Shown here: positions 20,352-28,641 of the stretch, piece by piece | Layout of the letters: the number at the start of each line of letters is the position of its first letter | Numbering within the stretch: the stretch's first letter is position 1 | Origin: a virus | Lineage: Duplodnaviria > Caudoviricetes | Reading direction: 5' to 3' (one strand) | Length of the DNA stretch: 64,000 nt | IMG/VR virus record: IMGVR_UViG_3300035208_002098 | Coordinates: 128,001 to 192,000 of that record | Notes under the pieces: model-generated | Told to the model about the DNA's origin: nothing | Databases searched by the model: none | Seen by the model: only the letters and a program-made list of their open reading frames with translations | Position numbers and translations under genes: made by a program

Positions 20352-20432
20352 TATTGATGGTGGGATTCGAACCCACGTTTTCAATTTACCACTACGAATA
20401 TCCAAGATATAAGCTTGGCTCGGTACATCAAT
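20352..20432 (-). tRNA. D-arm-less tRNA-like RNA, anticodon TAT (Ile)
   Basis: ATTGATG/CATCAAT-A, CCAAG-CTTATAT-CTTGG, perfect T arm. Confidence 0.7.
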
Positions 20433-20442
20433 ATATTTAAAG

Positions 20443-20515
20443 TGGGCCTACACAGACTTGAACTGTGAATCTTCTCCTTATGAGGGAGGTGCCTTCACCA
20501 TTTGGCTATAGGCCC
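20443..20515 (-). tRNA. tRNA(CAT), probably Ile2 (lysidine)
   Basis: GGGCCTA acceptor, A73, CTCATAA loop. Confidence 0.75.
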
Positions 20516-20521
20516 AAACTT

Positions 20522-20818
20522 TTATACAATTTTAATAAATTCACCATTATCAATTGCTTTACCAATCCACCTATTTAAGAAAGATGCTTTAATTTGATTT
20601 TCAAAAGATGTTGTACCTAAATCAGCTGATAATTTAATGAATGGTAATTCAACTTCAGGTTTACCAATTACTTTAACAGTCTCAATAGTTTCGATTGGAA
20701 ATTGAAAAATACCTTCTTCTATTTCTACTGTATAATATAAATTACCAGAACAATAATGTGAAAATTTAGCACTTACTTTAGATTTTAATAATTGTTTTTG
20801 AACATTTAATTTTTCCAT
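20522..20818 (-). CDS. Hypothetical protein
   Basis: True start MEKLNV at 20818; the longer call overlaps tRNA-Ile. Confidence 0.65.
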   Translation of the reverse strand: MEKLNVQKQLLKSKVSAKFSHYCSGNLYYTVEIEEGIFQFPIETIETVKVIGKPEVELPFIKLSADLGTTSFENQIKASFLNRWIGKAIDNGEFIKIV

Positions 20819-20844
20819 TTTAATAATTGTTTTTAATTTATTTG

Positions 20845-20918
20845 TCCGCTTGATAGGACTTGAACCTATAACCTCTTCCGTATCAGGGAAGTAATCTAAC
20901 CAATTGATATACAAGCGG
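20845..20918 (-). tRNA. tRNA-Ile(GAT)
   Basis: Canonical cloverleaf. Confidence 0.85.
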
Positions 20919-20933
20919 ATTTATTATTTCTTA

Positions 20934-21010
20934 GGTACCTAAATTGGACTCGAACCAAAAACTAACTAGTATAAGGCTCCACAAGCCTCAGTGCCATCCC
21001 GGCTAGGTAC
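20934..21010 (-). tRNA. Atypical tRNA-His(GTG), reduced D arm, extended V region
   Basis: GAGGC-TTGTGGA-GCCTT, TTCGAGT T-loop, G-1:C73 possible. Confidence 0.6.
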
Positions 21011-21015
21011 ATTTG

Positions 21016-21100
21016 TCGTCTGGGTGAGATTTGAACTCACGTTGAGAATTAATCTCACAGCTTATCAGGCTGTTTTCTGCCACCACTCGAATACCAGACA
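21016..21100 (-). tRNA. tRNA-Ile(GAT) with long variable arm
   Basis: ACAGC-CTGATAA-GCTGT, V-arm GAGA-TTAAT-TCTC. Confidence 0.75.
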
Positions 21101-21146
21101 ATGTTAGACTCCGATTTTTTTCTAGGCAGAACGTTGTCTAAGTAAA

Positions 21147-21803
21147 CTACACAAGATATCGACCTTTTATCCAACCTTCATTTTCCCAGTTAGATAAGTC
21201 TTCGTTTTTAATCTTCTTATTAATATTATCTTTAGTAATCCAACAGGTACCATATTGTGAATTAGTTTCACCAACACCAGTACCACTTTTAATTTCAGAC
21301 ATTTTTAGTTTAGTTTCATTTGAATGGTTTTTATCTGTCCAATTATAAAAATATTTTCGTTCTAAAACTTCATCATCATATAATTTCTTAATAGTCTTAA
21401 CAAATTTTCCACTTCTTTTTTTAACCCAATCTGGGTTTGTTTCTCTAAGTTCTTTTTGTCTCTCATTAGATTTAAACGCATTTAATCTTTGTTCTTCTGA
21501 AGTAAAACCTCTTCCACCTTCACCACCAATCATTAGATTCATACATAAATCTTCCTTTAATAATTGTTTATTTACAAGCTCTTTTTCACGCTCTTTTAAT
21601 GATTCTCTATCTGGTAAAAATTCTAATATCTCTTTAATGAAATTTTCTTTACCATAATAATTAATTGAAAACCATAATCGTTTACCTGAACCTAGATAAC
21701 CATCTTCTAGGTTATTAGTACTATGCATTCCTATATAGTACTTATTGTTTATTACATTTGTTGTTTTATAAATGTAATGATATTGTTTTTGTCTTCTACC
21801 CAT
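21147..21803 (-). mobile_element. GIY-YIG (Seg-like) homing endonuclease
   Basis: YIYKTTNVINNKYYIGMH...YLGSG; NUMOD3-like HSNETKLKMS. Confidence 0.9.
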
Positions 21804-21855
21804 ATTTATATCGTTTATTATATAAATATAAGGTAAAGTACAAAAATGTCAAGTG

Positions 21856-21927
21856 GGTGTAAGCACGGTATCGAACCGAGTTCTCGTGATTCACAGTCAC
21901 GCACATCACCTTAATGCTTCAAACACC
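21856..21927 (-). tRNA. tRNA-His(GTG)
   Basis: G-1/C73, CTGTGAA loop. Confidence 0.85.
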
Positions 21928-21936
21928 ATATATTTG

Positions 21937-22018
21937 AGGAAGATAGAAGAATCGAACTCCATACCTACAGGTATCCCTAGGGTTCAAGCCTAGTTTGCCA
22001 CCGATGGCGGTACCTTCC
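21937..22018 (-). tRNA. tRNA-Ser(TGA), 8/4 allo-tRNA-like fold
   Basis: GGAAGGTA/TATCTTCC 8 bp, GGAG/CTTC 4 bp, D arm GCCA-TCGG-TGGC. Confidence 0.7.
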
Positions 22019-22027
22019 ATAAATTTG

Positions 22028-22112
22028 CGGAGGTAGTAGGGCTCGAACCCACACGGGTGTTACCCCGACCACGGTTTTCAAGACCGGTACAATACCATTC
22101 TGTCACACCTCC
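22028..22112 (-). tRNA. tRNA-Ser(TGA)
   Basis: Canonical type II, G73. Confidence 0.9.
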
Positions 22113-22116
22113 ATTG

Positions 22117-22187
22117 CACAGGTAGAAAGGGTCGAACTCTCACGGAAGGTTTTGGAGACCTTAATGCTACCATTACATTATACCTGT
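22117..22187 (-). tRNA. tRNA-Trp(CCA)
   Basis: Canonical, CTCCAAA loop. Confidence 0.85.
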
Positions 22188-22195
22188 ATATTTTG

Positions 22196-22284
22196 CACAT
22201 CGGTAGGGATTCGAACCCTCATCTAATCTTACGACCCTTAAGGACTGGGTTGGAGCCAGCTAGTCACGCCTAATGAGCCGATGT
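22196..22284 (-). tRNA. Atypical tRNA-Trp(CCA) with enlarged variable region
   Basis: ACATCGG/CCGATGT-G, CTGG-CTCCAAC-CCAG. Confidence 0.65.
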
Positions 22285-22292
22285 GTATTTAC

Positions 22293-22310
22293 CAATATGT
22301 CAAAGAACTT
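22293..22310 (-). promoter_or_regulatory. boxA-like antitermination element
   Basis: AAGTTCTTTGACATATTG; variants at about 33120-33130 and 34878-34886 before the other RNA operons. Confidence 0.55.
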
Positions 22311-22315
22311 TGTTG

Positions 22316-22387
22316 CGGACAAGGAGAATTTCGAAATCCCGACCCTCTGGTTAACGGCCAGACGCTCTGCCTCTGAGCTACGTGTCC
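22316..22387 (-). tRNA. tRNA-Asn(GTT)
   Basis: Canonical, TCTGG-CCGTTAA-CCAGA, G73. Confidence 0.85.
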
Positions 22388-22401
22388 AATTATTTTAAAA
22401 T

Positions 22402-22437
22402 AAAAAAGCCTGAAACGTTTTTACGAATCAGGCTTTT
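22402..22437 (-). terminator. Attenuator terminator upstream of the tRNA array
   Basis: AAAAGCCTGA...TCAGGCTTTTTT. Confidence 0.8.
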
Positions 22438-22469
22438 AAGCTTTTAATATTTTTAATATCTTATCTTGT

Positions 22470-22562
22470 TTACAAGAAATTAAACATACCTGATTCGGAA
22501 TGGATAGAACGTCTAATGTTCGACCAATTACTATGAATACTATGTATATTATTATTTCTCAT
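22470..22562 (-). CDS. Leader peptide MRNNNIHSIHSNWSNIRRSIHSESGMFNFL (30 aa)
   Basis: ATG 22562 to TAA 22470; contains antiterminator strand CGAATCAGGT (22497-22488). Confidence 0.8.
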   Translation of the reverse strand: MRNNNIHSIHSNWSNIRRSIHSESGMFNFL

Positions 22563-22600
22563 TTTTTCTATTTGTTTATTGTTTAATTCTATTGTTTGTT

Positions 22601-22644
22601 TATAAATATACTGCAAAGATATGAAAAGTTTCAATACAAGTCAA
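22601..22644 (-). promoter_or_regulatory. Promoter(s) of the leader/tRNA operon
   Basis: TTGA (22644-22641), TATCTTTG (22621-22614) and TATTTATA (22608-22601). Confidence 0.7.
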
Positions 22645-22700
22645 GTATTTTCGCAATTATTTTCAATTTATTTTTTAATTTGTTGATTATCAGACAATTA

Positions 22701-23228
22701 TTATTTTAAAAATTTAGCTGGTACGTGGTCAGTTAACCAGACACCGTTAGTTGATTGATAGAAAATAAACCCTTCGTTATACATTTCACCGGCTAATACT
22801 TCAAATATAATTGGTTTACCATGTCTACTACCGACATTTGTGGCCGTTTCAATATCATTACTTAAATGAACATAGTCTCTTTTTAATTTTAGTAATCCAT
22901 TTTCATTAATCGATTTAACACTATCAATACTAGTACCATGATATAATATATTAGGTGGTGTTTTACTTTCATATTGTAGGTCAATACCTAATGAATGGCC
23001 TTGACTAGCTCTGATTTTTGATTTATCATTATTAAACTCAAATCTTTTTTTATTATTAGTTCTAACAATAAACTCAAGTTCTTCAATGTCTATTTTTCTA
23101 CCATTTTTATTCATTTGTAATAGTAATTGGGTAACTTCTACCCAACCACTATTATCTAATTTTAAACCTATTGTTTCTGGTTTATGTCTTAATATAAGAC
23201 TTAAAAACCTACTATTATCGTTACTCAT
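22701..23228 (-). CDS. kptA: RNA 2'-phosphotransferase Tpt1/KptA
   Basis: SLILRH, KKRF, IRASQGHS, LYHGT, VHLS, NGVWL. Confidence 0.95.
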   Translation of the reverse strand: MSNDNSRFLSLILRHKPETIGLKLDNSGWVEVTQLLLQMNKNGRKIDIEELEFIVRTNNKKRFEFNNDKSKIRASQGHSLGIDLQYESKTPPNILYHGTSIDSVKSINENGLLKLKRDYVHLSNDIETATNVGSRHGKPIIFEVLAGEMYNEGFIFYQSTNGVWLTDHVPAKFLK

Positions 23229-24351
23229 TTAACATTTTATTAAAGTTTTCTAATTCAAGTTCATGTATTTTTTTACCCATTTCAGGTCCGGGTTTAATAC
23301 CTAATTTTTCTATATCTTCACCGGTAACTGTAAATTTAAAATCTAAGAATTTATCAATTAATTCGATGTCCATATTGTTTAATTCAGCGAATCTAATAAC
23401 TTCATCATTAGAAATTTTAGATAAAATTTGTGATTTTTTCGCATTATAAACTAAATTTGGTTCAAAATATAAGAATGACATTAAGAAGTATATTTTACCT
23501 ATTTCATCACTAGTATATTTTAACTCAGCTAACACTTTTTTTACGAGTGCTGGTGAATTACCTTCAAATATTATGGCCATTAAAACAATTGGACTTTTAA
23601 CTTCAATTAAATTAAAATGTCTAATGTTTAAACCGGGAAAAATAAGTTTAAACATATCATAAACAAATAAACTATTTAAAAATTGTCTAACTGATTTTGC
23701 TGTTTTAACACCTTTAATAAATTCATCTCGAATTCTTTCTGGTGACACACCAATTAAGTTATTATCTTTAGTTATAGCACCAGCTGTTTTGGAGTTCATA
23801 TTAAAACCAAATCTAGCTGAAAATCTAATAGCTCTTAATTTTCTAAGTTTATCTTCATTAAATCTATCAATTGGTTCACCAACAGTTCTAATTTCGCTAA
23901 AACGTAAATCGTAAATACCATCAACTAAGTCAACTATTTGACTTTTTTCTATATCATAGAATAAAGCATTGATTGTTAAATCTCTTCTAAGTACATCCTT
24001 TTCTATAGTTGAGAATATAACTTCATCAGGTCTTCTTGAGTCGGTATAATCACCATCTTCTCTGAATGTCGCAATTTCATATTCGTCATTACCAGTAATA
24101 ACATTAATAACACCAAATGCTTTACCGGTTTCCAAGATATTAGTAACAAATGGTTGACCTTTAAGAATTTCAATTATTTTATCTGGTATTGCATTTGTAG
24201 CTAAATCCCAATCTTTTGGTTTTAACCCTAAATATGCATCACGAACTGAACCACCGACTAGGAATAAGTCAAACCCAAATGTTTTAAAAACTTTATTGAT
24301 TTTTATAACATCTTCTGGTAAATCTATTTTAAAATCTAATCTTGTTTCCAT
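23221..24351 (-). CDS. cca: CCA-adding tRNA nucleotidyltransferase
   Basis: VGGSVRD, DWDLAT, RRDLTINAL, EDKLRKLRAIRF, SPERIRDE. Confidence 0.9.
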   Translation of the reverse strand: METRLDFKIDLPEDVIKINKVFKTFGFDLFLVGGSVRDAYLGLKPKDWDLATNAIPDKIIEILKGQPFVTNILETGKAFGVINVITGNDEYEIATFREDGDYTDSRRPDEVIFSTIEKDVLRRDLTINALFYDIEKSQIVDLVDGIYDLRFSEIRTVGEPIDRFNEDKLRKLRAIRFSARFGFNMNSKTAGAITKDNNLIGVSPERIRDEFIKGVKTAKSVRQFLNSLFVYDMFKLIFPGLNIRHFNLIEVKSPIVLMAIIFEGNSPALVKKVLAELKYTSDEIGKIYFLMSFLYFEPNLVYNAKKSQILSKISNDEVIRFAELNNMDIELIDKFLDFKFTVTGEDIEKLGIKPGPEMGKKIHELELENFNKMLNE

Positions 24352-24408
24352 TTTATTGTTCTTTTTAATTAGGATACAAAGATAACACAATAAAATGAGA
24401 AAAACAAA

Positions 24409-25110
24409 TTATTTGTTAGAAATATCTGATAAAGATGATGAACCACCCTCAATGAATAACTCTGCTAAGTCACTACGTTGATGTGCAACATCTAATATTT
24501 TATTTATCACGACAATAATTTCTTCTGGGGTAGTCTTATCATCTAATTCATGGGCTAATTTTAATAAAGGTTCTAAACCATAGTCTGACATCATATATTG
24601 ACCATTACTAAAGGTAGGTATAACATCATCAACATTTTTAACATCATGTAAAAATTCTGAAGCTGCGTAAAAATCACGATTATTAATATAATCTTTATTT
24701 TCTGGTTCTTCTTCATGTCTTTGTCTTAACCAAGCAGAAAATTCACCATTATGTTCTTCACCGGTTTCTTGATTGTAATCAAAAACATCTAAGAATTCAT
24801 CAATAGGGAAATGTGTTGTATGACCAAATATTTCAGTTGTTGCATTTAACTTAAAAATATTTGTTAAACATCTATACTTCCAAGCTTCTATATATTTAAC
24901 CGGAAAATGTTGGAATTTACCGTTACCTCTTGTAAAATCTTGTAAGGCCTTATGGTATTGTGTTTTAGGAATTAATTTAAATTCTAGTTTTTCACCAACT
25001 TTAATCATACTTAACACTTCTCTAGTCATGTTATAATATAAATCTTCTAAATCATCAGACATTTCTCTGATTAAACTTTCCCTTAATAATGTTTTAATTA
25101 ACTGTTTCAT
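24409..25110 (-). CDS. Putative virion-packaged protein
   Basis: MKQLIKTLLRESLIRE leader. Confidence 0.6.
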   Translation of the reverse strand: MKQLIKTLLRESLIREMSDDLEDLYYNMTREVLSMIKVGEKLEFKLIPKTQYHKALQDFTRGNGKFQHFPVKYIEAWKYRCLTNIFKLNATTEIFGHTTHFPIDEFLDVFDYNQETGEEHNGEFSAWLRQRHEEEPENKDYINNRDFYAASEFLHDVKNVDDVIPTFSNGQYMMSDYGLEPLLKLAHELDDKTTPEEIIVVINKILDVAHQRSDLAELFIEGGSSSLSDISNK

Positions 25111-25444
25111 CTACTATTTGAGTGGTTTCTTGCGTTACATCATTATTTTTTGGTTCAACACCAGCAACCTTTTGTTTTGTTTCATGGTATTTATTAATAC
25201 CCAATAAAGTTAATTGATGTGTTAATAACATACCTAAAATAATAACGATTTCATTAGGAATTACTTTAGTTGATATTGCAATATATATACCAGCACCTAA
25301 AGATAATATTGTTATTATTATAACTAATACTGTTATTATATAAGCTATTATTCTAGTTGAACTAACACTATTATTTTTTTCACATGATATTTTAATTATA
25401 TTTAATATTTTATTAAGATAATTAAATTTTATAAAATTTAACAT
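25094..25444 (-). CDS. Holin-like 2-TM protein
   Basis: SSTRI motif then two TM helices, LGINK. Confidence 0.55.
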   Translation of the reverse strand: MLNFIKFNYLNKILNIIKISCEKNNSVSSTRIIAYIITVLVIIITILSLGAGIYIAISTKVIPNEIVIILGMLLTHQLTLLGINKYHETKQKVAGVEPKNNDVTQETTQIVDETVN

Positions 25445-25465
25445 TTTTTTTATTTTTTAAATTTG

Positions 25466-26145
25466 TTATTTACGTCTATAATATGTTGTTAAAACATCAT
25501 CTGTGGCACCAAAATCAATTACAACGACTGTTGGTTCGCCATTTCTTAATACTTCACCATAAGTAGATATTTTGGCAAAATCACCCGGTACTGGGTAATT
25601 AAAATCATTAACAAAATCAGATAAACTCCTAGGCCACCCATCTTCATTGTTAATATAATAATCAAACCTTTCTTGTGTTAATAAATAAAATATTGGTTTT
25701 AAACTTCTACTCATACGTAAAAAATCGGTTAATTCTTTAAACCACATACCAGATAATTGTTCAAATCTTTTAGGTGATATTTTTTTAGCTAATTCCATTT
25801 CAACCCACATGTAATCATCATCAACATCAAATACTTTAGCGATAACATCATAATTTTGTTTATAACCCTGAGCTTCAGCTTCATTTTGTGCTATACCTTT
25901 ATTATTTAACGCTACTTTAAGTACTTTTTCATCATCTATTTTAAATACAGCTCTTGATGAACCAGACCCAAGTTTACCTAGCAATTTATCTTTAGCATAT
26001 TTAATTTTACTAGAATATGATGTTAAATTCTTAAATTCTTCAGGGTTAAATTCTGATGGGTACGCCATTTCATCAATCAATTCTTCATCAATTTTCAAAT
26101 GATAACCTTCATTTAATAACCCATTCCTTAATAACCCTTTATCAT
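25466..26145 (-). CDS. Protein-kinase-fold virion cargo protein; natural start appears frameshifted
   Basis: GSGSSRAVF..VLKVA, IDFG; ATG 26145 is 1 nt out of frame. Confidence 0.6.
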
Positions 26146-26147
26146 TT

Positions 26148-26555
26148 TTATTCAACACTTTGTAATTTAAATACCATATCAATTACATGTAATAGTTTAT
26201 TCTTTTCTATTGGTTTTAATATATACGCTATGGCACCAGCCGAATATACTTTATCTTTGAATTCGGTATTACCAGTACACATAATAACATCAATGTTGGA
26301 ATTTATTTCTTTTAATTTAACTAACGTTTCAAAACCATTCATATTTGGCATATTAACATCTAAAATAATTAAATCTATCTTATTAGTTATGAATTTTGTA
26401 ATACCATCACAACCACTTTTAGCTGAAATTAAATTACTTTTAGACCCTTCTAAATAAAGTTTTAATAATGTATGAACATTATCATCATCATCAATTAGTA
26501 ATATATTTTTTTTATTAAAATTTTTTATCATTTTCTTCAGTATTAAATTCGACAT
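26148..26555 (-). CDS. Stand-alone response-regulator receiver (CheY-like)
   Basis: ILLIDDD, LDVNMPNMNG, CTG, YILKP. Confidence 0.9.
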   Translation of the reverse strand: MSNLILKKMIKNFNKKNILLIDDDDNVHTLLKLYLEGSKSNLISAKSGCDGITKFITNKIDLIILDVNMPNMNGFETLVKLKEINSNIDVIMCTGNTEFKDKVYSAGAIAYILKPIEKNKLLHVIDMVFKLQSVE

Positions 26556-27138
26556 CTCTTACCTCAATAATTGATGGGTTATATATTATAATATGTTTAC
26601 AATTTTTAAAACCTTCAAATCTTTCAAAATCCTTCTTATCCACCAAAACACCATCAATACCTAACGTTACCATATCTCTAATATATGATATACCGTTTGA
26701 ATACCCGTAAAAATCAACCCAAACTTGTAGAAAGACATCTTTTTCATTATCATTATATTCAATAAATGATTTAATCGCCATATCTAAACCAATGTTAGGG
26801 TTCATATGCCAATTTTGTGCAGTTAATTCCCACCCATCTATCATCTTAATAAGTTTTTTTAATACAGATGATATATTATATGTTAATTTATTGATTGGAG
26901 CTTCAGTTAGTAATTTTCTTGGGGATAATTTTAAGGTATATATATTATTACCATATTGTCTGGCATCATTATATATATTTGTTGTGTAGATGCCCGGACC
27001 TTCAGCATCATTAGATTTTTCACCACTAACAAATTCATCACTAAATTTAGCAATTTTTGTTGGTGAACCATGATAAACCAAAAAACCTTGATTTTCAATA
27101 TATTCTTTTAAATATTTTCTTAGTAAACCATTAATCAT
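26515..27138 (-). CDS. ADP-ribosyltransferase-like (YHGS...GPGIY) cargo protein
   Basis: VYHGS, EGPGIYTT, ARQYG; MINGLLRKYLKE leader. Confidence 0.6.
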   Translation of the reverse strand: MINGLLRKYLKEYIENQGFLVYHGSPTKIAKFSDEFVSGEKSNDAEGPGIYTTNIYNDARQYGNNIYTLKLSPRKLLTEAPINKLTYNISSVLKKLIKMIDGWELTAQNWHMNPNIGLDMAIKSFIEYNDNEKDVFLQVWVDFYGYSNGISYIRDMVTLGIDGVLVDKKDFERFEGFKNCKHIIIYNPSIIEVRDVEFNTEENDKKF

Positions 27139-27175
27139 TATAAATAACTATTTACTATAAATATATTTAAAAATC

Positions 27176-27204
27176 AAAAAAAAAGCCCTAAAATTTAGGG
27201 CTTT
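27176..27204 (-). terminator. Intrinsic terminator
   Basis: AAAGCCCTAAA/TTTAGGGCTTT plus T-tract. Confidence 0.7.
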
Positions 27205-27208
27205 ATAT

Positions 27209-27715
27209 TTATTTTAATATAATTTTACCAATTCGCTTAACTTTTTCTTCTAAGTCAGATAATGTACCATTATTATCTATTATAATATCAGCACATGATA
27301 TATCTATATTAAACGAATCCGGACTTTCTGGTGGTAATCTTTTTGAAGAATCAACCCATATTATCAAATCAAATAAATTTTGTTTAATACATTCATTAAT
27401 TTCATCACGGTCTCGCATACCAACATAACAATCAGAATTTTCAAGAATACTTTTAGCTAATCTAGCTCTATCGTATTTATTATATTCACAAATCATATTA
27501 TACCATTCAGCTCTATGATTCATTCTATCTTCAAAACATTCTTCAGGTGTTTTATAGCCATATTTACCTTTAAGTTCATCATAAATAAAAATATTTGATG
27601 CTTCTAATGATGATGATTTAAATTTTAAACTGTAATGTTTTTCTAGTAACTCAGCAAACGTGTCTTTTCCCCATCTCTTATGGGAAATAATTAATAATTT
27701 AGGTGATTTTTTCAT
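27209..27715 (-). CDS. Deoxynucleoside-monophosphate-kinase-like P-loop protein
   Basis: HKRWGKDT, GMRDRDE, DIIIDNNGT. Confidence 0.7.
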   Translation of the reverse strand: MKKSPKLLIISHKRWGKDTFAELLEKHYSLKFKSSSLEASNIFIYDELKGKYGYKTPEECFEDRMNHRAEWYNMICEYNKYDRARLAKSILENSDCYVGMRDRDEINECIKQNLFDLIIWVDSSKRLPPESPDSFNIDISCADIIIDNNGTLSDLEEKVKRIGKIILK

Positions 27716-27716
27716 T

Positions 27717-28490
27717 TTATTTATATTTAAATTTATTATTTCTACATTTATTATTTATAGATTTTGTACAAGCATACTGAATAGCACCACCTGTAACACC
27801 TATATAGTTAGCAGCTTCCTTAGCTGATTTAAATTCCGTTATAAAATTCCAATTATCATCATACATTAAAACTTGTTTACTTCTAATACCAACACAATTT
27901 TTAGTGAATGACCCACTATTAGGTTTATATGTTATTTTAAAACGTTCAGATATCTTATTATTTATTTCAATTTTATCTAATTTAGAAATATCATCATAAT
28001 AAAACCAAGCAAACCCAAAACTTGTTTTACGTTTACCTAAAGCACAATTTGGTATTGTACTTCTATGTAATTTAAAAAATTTTGTTGCATCATCAGCACA
28101 TTCAAAGTCATGTACTAAATTATATTCTTTATCGTAACCAATAACTCGTTTACATTTATGACCTTTTTTAAAACTGGTTTGATTTCCAAATGTAGCACCA
28201 TCACCACCATTTGTATAATTAATAAGGTTAAAACCCCATGTTTTCATTTGACTAATCCAATATGTTTCCCAAAATTGCCAATCATTTATCAATACTATAT
28301 CAACTATACTTATTATAGGTTTTAAACCTTTTTTTCTTAACGATTCAATCCAATTTTTTTTATGTATTTGATGTTTCCTAGCTCTATTTAGATGAGCCTT
28401 ATATCGTTCATCAATTCTATTTGCCTTACCAACATATCTAATCTCATTTGTTATTGGGTCAGTTAATGTGTAAATATTTGTTGTTTTCAT
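27717..28490 (-). mobile_element. GIY-YIG homing endonuclease with NUMOD1 repeats
   Basis: IYTLTDP..IRYVGKA..RYKAH; FKSAKEAANYIG. Confidence 0.85.
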
Positions 28491-28520
28491 ATTATTCTTT
28501 ATTATAAATATCACAAGTAT

Positions 28521-28577
28521 TTAAAAAATTACAACCCCATGTCTACCGTGCCCTAATAATAAAATTCTTTTTTTCAT
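28521..28577 (-). pseudogene. Orphaned original N-terminus of the kinase (MKKRILLLGHGRHG)
   Basis: Follows promoter at 28594; breaks just before KDT of the P-loop. Confidence 0.7.
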
Positions 28578-28641
28578 AATATTTATATTTTTACAAAGAT
28601 ATATCAAGAAACTTTAGATTTCAAGTTAATATTTATATAAT

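Noticed and set aside
21937-22018. Selenocysteine tRNA
   Set aside because: Sec-like D arm, but the anticodon is TGA (Ser), not TCA
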